A stretch of DNA of 64,000 nt from the NCBI RefSeq assembly GCF_964213995.1, contig NC_135830.1, positions 11,780,001 to 11,844,000 on the forward strand. The letters are read 5' to 3'. The notes beneath the pieces were generated by a model that did not search any database, was not told where the DNA came from, and saw only the letters and a list, made by a program, of their open reading frames with translations. Made by a program: the position numbers and the translations under genes. The first letter of the stretch is position 1; every line of letters starts with the position of its first letter. This DNA comes from Mustelus asterias (lineage: Eukaryota). This document shows, piece by piece, positions 37,553 through 50,066 of this stretch.

Positions 37553-38454
37553 CTACTGTTTAAAGACACGAGTGAGCATGGTGAATGGACAGATCAGCAA
37601 TTTCCTCAGCTCCTCTCTGAACTTGTTCTGGGAGATTGCATAGATGAAGACGTTGTTGCAGGAACTTACTAACTGGAGCATGTTAGTTGTCTCTTGAAGG
37701 ATATAGTCTGGATCATTGAAATCCAGGCTGGTGAGGTAGCCCGCACCTGCGAGCCGTGCGTAGAGGAAATGTCCGACATAGGTGGCCCACAGGAGAAGAA
37801 AGCTAAGGGAAATGGTGAAGAGCAGGACAATGGATCTCCTGCGGTTTTCCATCTCCGGGTCTCCGTGGTCCTCTGTGCCTCGGAGTCTCCTGCGAGCTCT
37901 GCTGGCCACTAATATGTGTCTCATAGTCAGGCTGTTGAGTAGCAGGATGAGGAGGAATGGAAGAAAGGGGGTTAAGATGTGGTCCAGCCAGTCGTAGGCC
38001 AGCCAGGTGGGAGATGTGTAGAAGGTGATCTTGATGTCGCAGAACCAGGGCACCCCATCTAGAATGTACAAGGGCTGGTAGACGAAGTAGAAAGGGACGT
38101 TTTTCACACAGCTCAGGGCACAGACTATTCCTAAAATCAGCAATGCTGTTTTCTCGGTGCAGTATCGGGTCTTCAGGCTCTGACAGCAGATGGCGATGAG
38201 ACGGTCGATGGTGAAAGCCACTGTCAGCCAAACTGACCCATCCCGTGTGGCAAAGACCAGCAAGGAACTAACTCTACACGCAGGGGTGGTGGACAGGACA
38301 CTGTTAGAAAAGTAGATGCGGCCGATGCGGTTGAGGATGCCGGCAGTAATGATGATCAGGAAATCGCTCACCGCTATCGCCACCAGGTAAAATGTGATGC
38401 ACCGGGAGATTCCGCACCGTCCTCGGCATAGGACTATAATCGCCCACACATTGG
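37553..38454 (-). CDS. GPR139/GPR142-like class A GPCR no.2, exon 2; spliced protein 323 aa
   Basis: Open frame; AIAVSD, TIDRLIAIC, NVFIY, KFREEL; acceptor tctctcacag|CC at 38455-38456; 70+902=972 nt in frame. Confidence 0.88.
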
Positions 38455-38529
38455 CTGTGAGAGATAAAAACACGACAGGTGTCACCGCGCAAATTCGAAA
38501 TACCAGTTATTGACTCATCCAATCAGTTA

Positions 38530-39060
38530 CCGAATCTGTCCTGATCTAACCCTTTGTCACCTCCAGACTCCTGCAACTGGTATTCGTTAGATATCCAATG
38601 CTGAACAAAACATGTGTCATTGTAGACAGCATTGAAATCTGAGCCCGCCACAAACTCTGTTTTCTGGTCAGTTTGCGGTTAGTTTCCCAAATTATCTAAT
38701 TTCAAGCAATTGCTGCTGATGCTGTTATTCAAGACAGGCCCAGTGCATCGATCAAGTGCATGCTCGCTGTTCTACATTGGTTCCCAGTCGAGCAATGTCT
38801 CGTTTTTAATATTCTCATCCTTCTCATCTTTAAATCCCTCCCTAGTCCCGTCATTCTAGGTGCCTGTAACTTCTTGCTGCCAACTGAGTTCACAGTTTAC
38901 CTCCAACTTTGTCCCGTTGTGTGTCCGTATTGTTTAACCCGCCATTGACAATAGTTACGCCTCGAGATGTCGACGCGCTAATCTCTTGAACTTCCCTCTC
39001 AGCAGCTGTTTTTCGCCTTTCTTCTGAAGGAGTTCCTTGTAACCTATCTCTTTGACCTAC
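38530..39060 (+). mobile_element. L2-like LINE 3' relic in GPCR2 intron
   Basis: TTTGTCACCTCCAGACT...LAVLHWFPVEQCLVFNILIL, resembling the L2 LxxLHWLPVxxRIxFK motif. Confidence 0.55.
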
Positions 39061-39282
39061 TTAGGCCATTGGGTTTTAAATGTCTTTGTTAAAGTCCTCA
39101 TCATACGTATTGCAGTGGCTGAAGAAACAAGAGCAACTTTACCTTTTCCACTGGCAACGAGAGATGAGCAATATATATTGACCTTGCCATGGACACCAAC
39201 AAAAATATCTAAAACAATATGTACGAAACGTACCAGCACAAGAAAAACATGCATAGCAGATTTAAAATCTTGCTTTTCCATT

Positions 39283-39475
39283 CATAGAATCCTACAGTGC
39301 AGAAGGAGGCCATTCGGCCCATCGAAACTGCTTTGACAACTTTCCCACCCAGGCGCTCACCACATGACCTCATGCATTTACGCTTGTGAGTTTCCCAAAC
39401 ACTAAGGGGCAATTTAGCGTGGCCAATCCATCTTATCTGCACATCTTTGGACTGTGGGAGGAAACCGGAGCATCC
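39283..39475 (-). mobile_element. HE1 SINE, 5'-truncated
   Basis: CATAGAATCCTACAGTGCAGAAGGAGGCC...CACATCTTTGGACTGTGGGAGGAAACCGGAGCA. Confidence 0.8.
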
Positions 39476-40108
39476 CCTTGAAACCTTTCCTTAAATAATT
39501 CCTATAACCGCATTAACATTGAGGGCCGCCCAGTAATAAATCACGGTATTGTAATTATTAAATCGTTGCAGACGTCGCGCTGTACTTTCTTGTAATCACT
39601 GTAAGATTTGTTTTAGTATTCAATTTCATCTAATTCAAAGAATGCAATGTAATAGTTATTTCGCCGATGCTGTAATAAGATCATTGCATGGAAATGCATG
39701 CTACTTCGCTGTTATGCGGTATTATTCCAGAATGGCATTCAGAACACCAGCGCATTTTACTACATTTAATGAAACTCAAAGTCGACAATATAACAGATGC
39801 AAAGCCATCAATTATAGTCCAAATTAGGCAACCCAATAAAATGCATCTCAATCTTTGTGTGCAGCACAGTAATTTGAATAATGTCTTGGAATATTCCATG
39901 ATCCAATCAAATAAATCATTGAATTTACCATTGCATGGCATAATATCAAACAAGGCAGGCACAGACATATGTTGGTACCCGTTTGAAGTCCCGTAAACTC
40001 ATCATTGCTGAGTCGTAGATACGATGAGCCCGTTCCAGAAAGAGAAGAAACCCAATTTATTGTTCTTTTTAAACAACGTTAACAACTTATTTGTGATCCA
40101 TCACTTAC

Positions 40109-40178
40109 CAGGAGCACCAATACCAGCAAGAACGGGATAACAAATGGCAAAGAAGAGACCTTTCGCTGGTCCGTGCAT
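40109..40178 (-). CDS. GPCR no.2 exon 1 (MHGPAKGLFFAICYPVLAGIGAP + 1 nt)
   Basis: 70 nt from ATG to G|gtaagt consensus donor, phase 1; same size as exon 1 of GPCR1. Confidence 0.88.
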
Positions 40179-40587
40179 CGTCTCTCAAAAACTAGAGGGT
40201 TCTCAGAAGCTTAAAACTTAGCTCTGGGACACATTCAATGAGTCCCTCATTTATTTTGATTAAAGTCTCCGGGGGGACAATTAAGTAACAAACTGCACGT
40301 GACTTACATTTCGGTAAACAAACACATGAACTCACCATTTCACGTCTTCCATTTGCCACATTGGCAGGGTGGACGATTCCTTTCCTTTAGATGGCCGGAA
40401 TTTATGCGCCTGAATGTTTCACACACATAATAAAAAAAGGCACAAGTTTAACTAACACATAATTCTTCAATCTCGTCCATTTCAAAATAGTTGACCTTGT
40501 TTATGGTTAATCACAAATAAGCACTATGAGATCTATATTACCCGGTGACTCGATTCCTTTTATTAGTCAGTTAAGTTTGCAATTCAA

Positions 40588-41750
40588 AGAACAAAGAGCA
40601 AAGAACAATACAGCACAGGAACAGGCCCTTCAGCCCTCCAAGCCCGTGCCACTCCCTGGTCCAAACTAGACCATTCTTTTGTATCCCTCCATTCCCACTC
40701 CATTCATATGGCTGTCTAGATAAGTCTTAAACGTTCCCAGTGTGTCCGCCTCCACCACCTTGCCTGGCAGCGCATTCCAGGCCCCCCCCCCCCACCCTCT
40801 GTGTAAAATATGTCCTTCTGATATCTGTGTTAAACCTCCCCCCCCCTTCACCTTGAACCTATGACCCCTCGTGAACGTCACCACCGACCTGGGGAAAAGC
40901 TTCCCACCGTTCACCCTATCTATGCCTTTCATAATTTTATACACCTCTATTAAGCCTCCCCTCATCCTCCGTCTTTCCAGGGAGAACAACCCCAGTTTAC
41001 CCAATCTCTCCTCATAACTAAGCCCCTCCATACCAGGCAACATCCTGGTAAACCTCTTCTGTACTCTCTCCAAAGCCTCCACGTCCTTCTCGTAGTGTGG
41101 CGACCAGAACTGGACGCAGTATTCCAAATGCGGCCGAACGAACGTTCTATACATCTGCAACATCAGACCCCAACTTTTATACTCTATGCCCCGTCCTATA
41201 AAGGCAAGCATGCCATATGCCTTCTTCACCACCTTCTCCACCTGTGACGTCACCTTCAAGGATCTGTGGCCTTGCACACCCAGGTCCCTCTGCGTATGTA
41301 CACCCTTTATGGTTCTGCCATTTATCGTATAGCTCCTCCCTACATCATTTCTACCAAAATACATCACTTCGCATTCATCAGGATTGAACTCCATCTGCCA
41401 TTTCTTTGCCCAAATTTCCAGCCTATCTATATCCTTCTGTAGCTTGTGACAATGCTCCTCACTAGCTGCAAGTTCTGCCAATTTTGTGTCGTCCACAAAC
41501 TTACTGATCACCCCAGTTACATCTTCTTCCAGGTCGTTTATATAAATCACAAACAGCAGAGGTCCCCATACAGAGCCCTGCGGAACACCACTAGTCACAG
41601 GCCTCCAGCCAGAAAAAGACCCTTCCACTACCACCCTCTGTCTTCTGTGACCAAGCCAGTTCTCCACCCATCTAGCCACCTCCCCCTTTATCCCATGAGA
41701 TCCAATCTTTTTCACCAGCCTACCATGAGGGACTTTGTCAAACGCTTTAC
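40588..41750 (-). mobile_element. CR1 LINE, 5'-truncated RT
   Basis: ORF 40666..41766: [36 protein letters not shown]. Confidence 0.95.
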
Positions 41751-42119
41751 CAAAGCGTTCATTCAAGGAAATCCAATTTCAGAAATATTCAATTCATAAT
41801 GAGGACATGTGTTAAATAATGTATTGATATTAAATATTGAAAAGCGAAACAAATACACAGTACAATTAGTTGAGATTATTCAAAGGAAGATAAGAATGAA
41901 GCTTTAATGATGGAGCAGAAAGCATTGCTCCCATCGACATTTGCCAGACGAACGCTTTTTAATTTTGAAGTGCAAGATAAGTTGAGATATCAGGTTGAAA
42001 GTAACGGACGTGTTCATTTATTAAGTGACATGGGTCCTCAATCTAACCATGGGAACCTGCAGCAGCACACTGCAGTTGAACATTGTAGTCAGGCCAATTG
42101 GGGCACAATGCTATCATTT

Positions 42120-42190
42120 GTTTTTGTAGTGTACTGGTTATCAAGTTCGCCTAACACGCAAAACGTCGTTCGGAACCGGGCAGAAGCATT
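42120..42190 (+). pseudogene. tRNA-Val(AAC) relic in array unit
   Basis: GTTTTTGTAGTGTACTGGTTATCAAGTTCGCCTAACACGC...GTTCGGAACCGGGCAGAAGCA. Confidence 0.75.
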
Positions 42191-44002
42191 CATTAAGCTT
42201 TCTTGTTTAGGGTTAGGAAAATCTGTCAGTTTTCAGTTTGTTGTTGAAGATTATTCGAACTTCGATGTTACAGCCATATTATCTTTGCTCTGACCTCGGC
42301 CTCAAAAACTTGCTGTCAAATAAGAAATGCTGAATTTTTTGAAGCACTGAAAGGAAAAAAACGTTTCCATTTTGAAGACGTGCACAAATCAGCATCTCGT
42401 TCAGTCTACAACAGAATTTAATCGGTTTCCAGGTGCAAACTAACATGTCCAAAACTGTTGTGCGCTCCAAATAACAGGCACAAGTGATAATGTAACTGAA
42501 CTGGAGGAAGTGACGCACATTTCCCAGAAGCATATTTTTAAAAGTGTTCTTCATGATAAAGAAATTGGGAAAAAAACACTCAGACAGGTGAGGAAATCGA
42601 GAATCAGTGCGGACCTGCTGGTCTTCTTGTAGATGAACGAGATTGAGGCGCCAGAATGTTTCACACACAGTGTAAAGAGGGATCAAGTGTAACAAACAGA
42701 TCATTCTTAAATCTCTTGCCTTGAAAGATATTTCATTTTCCTTAAAAGATGATTGTAGTCAATCTCGAATAACGACCTTGGGATGTGTATTACCCAGGGA
42801 CTCGATTGCTTTTGTCAATCATGTTTCCAATCATTGTTGTATATTTCAGAGACATTCAAATCAGAATGAGGACATTTGTGCTAAATAAATGTATTGATAT
42901 TAAATGTTTAATAACGTCAAATGCTGGATAAAACTGTCTGAAGTTATTCGATGGAAGATGAGAATGATGCATTAATGATTGAGCAGAAATGATTGCTCTC
43001 TTAGACATTTGCCAGACGAACACTTTTTAATTTTGAAGTATAACGTAAGTTGAGATATCAGTTTGACAGTAACGGATGTGTTCTTGTACTAAGTAACATG
43101 GGCTCTCAATCTAACCATTAGAACCTGCAGCAACACAGTGCAGTTGAACATTGTAGTCAGGCCAATTTCGGGCGCTATGCTTTAACTTGTTTCTGTAGTG
43201 CAGTGGTTCTGGCTGATCCTCACACGTGAACCTCCCCACTTCCAAACCGGGCAGAAACATTCATGAAGCTTCATCATGAAGGGTGAGTGAAATCTGCATG
43301 ATTTCAGTTTGTTGCTGAACATCATCCGAATCTCGATATTCCAGCCATTTTATCTTTGCTCTGACCTCGGCCTCAAATGTTTTCTGTAAAATAAGATATG
43401 CTGATCTTTTTTTTGACTCACTGACAGGAAAGAAACGTTTCTATTTGACATTGTTCACGTATTAGCAACTCGTTCAGTCTACAACAGAATTTAATGGCTT
43501 TATAGGTGCAGTCTAACATAGGTAATCAGCGTCTGAAACATGTCTAACAGTATTTGGGCTCAAAACGACAGACACAATTGATACTGTAACTGAACTAGAG
43601 GAACATGGCGCACATTTCCCAGCAGAATCTATTTTTTTCAATAGTTCTTCATTGCATAGAAATAGGGAAAACCATTCACACAGATGAGGAAATCGACACT
43701 CACTGCAGATCTATTGGACTTTCTTACAGATGGCCGGAATTTATGCGCTCGAATGTTTCGTATCCATAACAGAAAAGGCTCAAGTATAACTAACAGATAA
43801 TTCTTCAATCTCTTCCACTTTAAGACTAATTGACTTTGTTTAAAAGCTGACTATGGTCAATCTCAAAGAAGCATCACGTGATCTGTATTACTCGGTGACT
43901 GTACTCCTTTTGTTGGGCAGTTGTGTTTGCAGTTGAGTGACATTAAATTTCAGAGATATTCAGTTCACAATGAGGACATGTGTGTTAAATCATGTATTGA
44001 TA

Positions 44003-45349
44003 CAGTCCCCGGGCTACGAACGCCAGACTTACGAACGCCCGTCCTTACGTACCGACCTCCGTAAAGCCTATTATTTTAAAACATCGAGTTACATACAATG
44101 GTTCGTACTCACGAACGGGCGGACTACATTGCGCGACGCTCAAAACACTGCGCCATTTCAGCGGTTCGTCGGCCCGAGGGAGAACAACGGCATGCCGTCG
44201 TCGCCATTTTAAGAAGAATCGCGCAAACACTGTTGTGTGCGTTGTGTTTTGACTTAAATTTTCCGTGTGTTTACCCTCGTGATCATGGCTCCAAAGCGTA
44301 AATCTGATGCAAGTGATAGTGATGCATCGAAGAAAAGGAAAACGATCACGATTGAAACGAAAGTGGAAATAATAAAGCGATCGGAGAGAGGTGAAACACC
44401 AACAAATATTGGAAAAGCGTTAGGCTACAGTCGGTCAACGATCGGGACAATTATAAAGGGCAAGGGGAGAGTAATGGAGAATGTAAAAGTCTCTGTCCTG
44501 ATGAAAGCGACAATTATCACTCAGCAACGCAGTGGTTTAATTATCGAAATGGAAAGGCTATTGGTAAATTGGTTAGAGGATCAAAATCAGCCGAATATTC
44601 CTATTAGCCTTGGCTTAGTGCAAGTAAAGGCGTGAAGCCTTTTCAGTGATTTAAAAGCTGCATATGCAAGTGAAGATGCTTGTGATGAAGAATTTGTTAC
44701 AAGTAGGGGTTGGTTCAAGCGTTTCAGGGGGAGGGTAAACTTACACAATGTTAAAGCGCAAGGTGAAGCAACGAGTGCCGATGTAAGTGCTGCGAGAGAG
44801 TTTCCCGAAATGTTGGAAAAAATATTGAGGAGGGAGGTTATGTGCCTGAGGAAGAAGGCCAGGACCTAGCAACCCAGAACCCAAGAAGTTTTTGACGAAT
44901 GAGTTAGCTGAAGCCTTTCGTCTCATTGAAGCAGGGATGGCAAAGTTAGAGGAGCAAGATCCTAATGCGGAGAGGTTCACCAAAGTTTACCGGATAGTTA
45001 CCGACGGCCTCAGCTGCTACAAGGCCATTTATAATAAGAAAAAGAAAAGCTCTGTTCAAGCCTCCCTTGATTTTTACTTGAAGAAATTAGTTTAATGTTT
45101 TTTATACCCACACACACACACATATATATATGAATATAAAAATAATCCAAGTTTTGTGTCATTTCCATTTATTATTACTGTATTATTATATTTAAGATGT
45201 TTTAGGTAAAATATATACTATATACTAAGACAATCATTTGACTAATTGACGCTAGATCTGAACCGTAAGTAACTGTTCCGAATTACATACAAATTCGACT
45301 TACAGACAGACTTAAAAACGGAACTCGTCCGTAACCCGGGGACTGCCTG
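44003..45349 (+). mobile_element. Tigger/pogo DNA transposon, internally deleted (non-autonomous)
   Basis: TIRs CAGTCCCCGGGCTACG / CGTAACCCGGGGACTG(CCTG); TA duplication at 44001-2 and 45350-1 in the array spacer; CENP-B-type HTH (MAPKRKS...GYSRSTIGTIIK, SRGWFKRF); DDE domain absent. Confidence 0.92.
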
Positions 45350-47134
45350 TATTAAATATTGAATAACGAAACAAATACTGAGAACAATTGGTTGAGATTT
45401 TGCGAAGGAAGATGACAATGATGCGTTAATGAATGAGGCGATATCATTTCTCCCTTAGGTATTTGCCGGACGAACGCTTTTAAATTTTGAAGTTCAAGAT
45501 AAATTGAACTTTATGTAAGTAACGGATGTGTACTTGGATTAAGTAACATGGGCTCTCAATCTCACCATTCGAACCTGCAGCAACACAGTGGAGTTGAACA
45601 CTGTAGGCAAATTGGGAACTCAAGTTTATGACTTGGTTCTGTAGTGTAGTAGTTATCACGTTTGCCTACCATGTGTAAAGTGCGCTGTTCGAAACTGGGC
45701 AGATACGTTTATTAAACTTTCTCATGTAGAGTGGGGAAATCTGTATGATTTCACTTGGTTGCAGAACATGAAACGAATCTCGATGTTATAGCGATACTAT
45801 CTTTGCTCTGACCTCGACCTCAAATGCTTTCTGTAAAACAAGAAATGCAGAATGTTTTTGACGCACTGACAAGAAAGAAACGTTTCTATTACGACAATGT
45901 GCATAAATTAGCATCTCCTTTAGTACACAACAGAATTGAATAGGTTGAAATATGGAGACTAACATAGTTAATCACCAGCTGAAACTTGCCTAATAGTTTC
46001 TGTGCGCAGAAAGACAGACACAGGTGACACTGTAACTGAACTAGAAGAAATGGCACCCATTTCCCAGAAACATATTTTTAGAGATGATTGTTGTCAATCT
46101 CAAATAAGCCCCATGTCATGTGGATTACCCAGTGTCTCAATTGCTTTTGTTGGTCAGTCATGTTTGCAATTCAATGTTCTATACTTCATCGATATTCAAT
46201 GCAGAATGAGGACATCTGTGTTAAATAAATGTATTGACACTAAATGTTGAATAATGAACAAATACTGGACATAACTGGTTGAAATTATTAGACCAAAGAT
46301 GAGAATGAAGCATTAATGACTGAGCAGAAATCATTGCTCCCTTAGACATTTGCCGGACGAAATCTTTTAATTATGTATTACAAGGTAAGTTGAGATATCA
46401 GGTTGAAAGTCACGGAACTGTTCTTGTCTTTCGTGACATGGGCTCTCAAGCTAACCATTAGAACTGGCAGCAACGCAGTGTAGTTGAACATTGCAGTCAG
46501 GTCAATTGGCAGCGCAACACTATCACGTGTTTCTTCAGTTTTTTGGTTGTCACATACACTAAACACACGATAAGTCTACGGTTTGAAACCGGGCAGAAAC
46601 TTTCATCAAGCTTTCTCATGTAGGTGAGGGTAATCTGTATGATTTCAGCTTTTTGCCGAACATTATCCGAATCTCGATGACATTGTATCTTTGCTCTGAC
46701 CTCGGCCTCAAAAGCTTTCTGTAAAATAAGGAATACAGATTTGTTTTTGATGCACTTACAGGAAGGAATAGTTTCCATTTTGCCAACGTGCATACATTAG
46801 CATCTCGTTCCAGTGTACAACAGAATTTAATGGATTGAAAGGTGCAGACTGACATCGTTAATCAGCATCTGAAACATTCCTAATAGTATTGTGTGCGCAA
46901 AAAGATAGACACAAGTGACACTGTAATTGAACGAGAGGAAATGGCGCACGTTTTCCAGAATAATCTTTTTAAAAATCGTTCCTCATAACAAATTAACAGG
47001 AAAAACCACTCAGGCAGATGAGGAAATCGAGAATCAGTGCGGACCTGCTGGTCTTCCTATAGATGAACGAGATTTAGGCGCCAGAATGTTTCACACATAG
47101 AATAAAGAGGGATCAAGTATAACTAACAGATCAC

Positions 47135-47545
47135 ATGGAACATAGAACGCAGAACATAGAACAGTACAGCACAGAACAGGCCCTTCGGCCCACGATGTTG
47201 TGCCGAGCTTTATCTGAAACCAAGATCAAGCTATCCCACTCCCTATCATCCTGGTGTGCTCCATGTGCCTATCCAATAACCGCTGAAATGTTCCTAAAGT
47301 GTCTGACTCCACTATCACTGCAGGCAGTCCATTCCACACCCCAACCACTCTCTGCGTAAAGAACCTACCTCTGATATCCTTCCTATATCTCCCACCACGA
47401 ACCCTATAGTTATGCCCCCTTGTAATAGCTCCATCCACCCGAGGAAATAGTCTTTGAACGTTCACTCTATCTCTCCCCTTCATCATTTTATAAAGCTCTA
47501 TTAAGTCTCCCCTCAGCCTCCTCCGCTCCAGAGAGAACAGCCCTT
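47135..47545 (-). mobile_element. Young CR1 3' fragment
   Basis: Nearly identical to 50067-50460. Confidence 0.92.
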
Positions 47546-48575
47546 AAATCATTCTTAAATCGCTTCCCTTGAAAGATATTTGATTTCGTTTAAAAGATGA
47601 TTGTGGTCAATCTCAAATAAGCACCTTGTAATGTCTATTACCCGGTGACTCGATATTTTTTGTTGCTCAGTCATGTTTGCAATTCAATTTTGGATATTTC
47701 AGAGATATTCAATTCAGAATGAGGATATCTGTGTTAAATAAATGTATTGCTATTAAATGTTGAATAACGAACAAATACTGGATATAACTGTTTGAAATTA
47801 TTCGACCTAAGATGAGAAAAATGCATTAATGATTGAAGAGAAATCATTTCTCTCTTACACATTTGTCAAACGAACTCTTTCTAATTATGAAGTACAAGAT
47901 AAGTTTAGGTATGCGGCTGAAAGTGACGGATGTGTTCCTGTCTTTCGTGACAAGGGCTCTCAAATCTAACCATTGAAACTGGCAGCAAGACAGAGGCGAT
48001 GAACATTGTAGTTAGGCCAATTGGGGACTCAATGCTGTCAATTGTTTCTGTTGTATGGTGGTTATCACGTTCACGTAACAGGCGAAACGCCGCTGTGTTC
48101 AAAACCAGGCAGAAATATTAATTACATTTTCTCATGTAGGTTGAGAGAAATCTGTTTGATTCCAGCTTGTGGCTGATCATTATCCGAATCTCAACGTTGC
48201 AGCCATTTCATCTTTGCTCTGTCCTCGGCCTCAAATGCTTTCTGCAAAATCAGAAACGTTGGCGGCTTTTTTACCCGCTGACAGGAAGGAAGAGTTTCTA
48301 TTCTGACAACGTGCACACATTGGCATCTCGTTCAGTCTACAATAGAATTTAATGGGGTTATAAGTACAGACTAACTTAGCTAATCACCATCTGAAACATC
48401 TCTAATAGTAGTGCGTGCTCATGAAGGCAGAGACAAGTGATACGCTAACTGAAGTAGAGGAAATGGTACACATTTACCAAAATAATATTTTTAAAAATAG
48501 TTCTTCATATCAGATCAATAGGGAAAACCACTGAGACATCCGAGGAAAGCGAGACTCAGTGCTAATCTACTGGAC

Positions 48576-49971
48576 TTTGGTTTTGGTTTGATTTGGTTTG
48601 ATTTGTTATTGTTACATGTCCTAACATACAGTGAAAAGTATTCTTTCTTGCGTGCTATGCAGACAAAACATAACATTCATAGAAAAGGAAACGAGTGTAG
48701 AATGTAGCGTTAGAGTCATAGCTAGTGTGTGGAGAAAGATCAACTTAATGCAAGGTAAGTCCATTCAAAAGTCTCACAGCAGCAGGGAAGAAGCTGTTCT
48801 TGAGTCAGTTGGTACGTGACCTCTGATTTTTGTATATTTTTTCCGATGGAAGAATGTCCGGGGTGCGTGGGGTCCTAAATTATGCTGGTTGCTTTGCCGA
48901 GGCAGCGGGAAGTTTAGAGAGAATCAATGAACGGGAGGCTGGTTTGCTTGATTGATTGGGCTACATTCACAACCTTTTGTAGTTCCTTGTGGTCTTGGGC
49001 AGAGTAGGAACCATAGAAAACTGTGATGCAACGTAAGAATGCTTTCTATGGTGCATCTGTAAAAGCTGGTCAGAGTCGTAGCTGACATGTCAAATTTCCT
49101 TAGTCTTCTGAGAAAGTGGAGGTGTCCGTGGGTTTTCTCAACTGTAGAGTCGGCATGGGGGGACCAGGACAGGTTGTTGGTGATCTGGACAGCTATAAAC
49201 TTGAAGCTCTCCACACTTTCTACTTCGTCCCCGTTGATGTAGACAGGTGCATGTTCTCCTTTACGTTTCCTGAAGTCGATGACAATCTCCTTCGTTTTGT
49301 TGACATTGAGGGAGAAATTATTGTTGCCACACCAGTGCACCAGACTCTCTATCTCATTCCTGAACTCTGTCTCGTCATTGTTTGAAATTGTTTGAAAATG
49401 GTGTCGTCAGCAAACTCGAAAATCGAATTGGAGGGGAATTTAGCCTCACAATCATAGGTGTGTAAGGAGTATAGTCGGGGGCTGAGAACAAAGCCTTGTA
49501 CGGCATCGGTGTTGATGATGATCGTGGAGGAGGTGTTGTTGCCTATCCTTACTGATTGTGGTCTTTGAGATAGGACGTTCAGGATCCAGTCGCACTGGGA
49601 GGTGCCGAGGCCCAGGCCACGGTGTTTGGAGATGATTTTGGTGAGAATAATATTGTTGGAGGCTGAGCTGTAATCAATAAATACGAGTCTGACATAGGTG
49701 TCCTTGTTATCTAGGTGTTCCAGGGTTGAGTGCAGGGATAGGGAAATGGCATCTGATGTGGACCTGTTGTGGCGGTAGGCAAACTTTAGGGGGTCCAGGT
49801 AGTCCGGCAGGCTGGAATTGATTCGTGCCATGACTAACTTTTTGAACCACTTCATAATGATGGATGTCAGAGCCACCGACCGATAGTCAATAAGGCACGC
49901 TGCTTGGTTTTCCGTCGGTACTGAGATGATGGTCGTCTTCTTGAAGCAAATGGGAACTTCAGATTGTTGTA
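48576..49971 (-). mobile_element. Rex1/Babar-like LINE, 5'-truncated RT and 3' tail
   Basis: FIDYSSASN, FADDT, NVNKTKEIVIDFRK; (TTTGA/TTTGG)n tail; homologous to 7250-8652. Confidence 0.9.
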
Positions 49972-50066
49972 ATTAGCACTGAATCTCGAATTCCTGCTCT
50001 GTCTGAGTCGTTTTTCCTATTTCTTTGTTATGAAGAACGATTTTTAAAAAGATTCTTCTGGGAAAT

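Larger units (their letters stand above)
40340..48575 (+). repeat. Tandem array of ~1.07-1.1-kb tRNA-Val-containing units, forward arm (5 units plus a partial one)
   Basis: Val relics start at 42120, 43189, 45635, 46529, 48044; conserved spacers such as ATCTTTGCTCTGACCTCGGCCTCAAA and GTAACTGAACTAGAGGAAATGG. Confidence 0.9.

Noticed and set aside
38455-38485. Start MTPVVFLSLT of ORF 37553..38485
   Set aside because: Polypyrimidine tract of the intron; the true exon 1 is 40109-40178
43134-43175. CACAGTG heptamers in array units and HE1 SINEs as possible RSS
   Set aside because: No ACAAAAACC-like nonamer at 12 or 22-23 bp spacing and no adjacent V/D/J coding sequence
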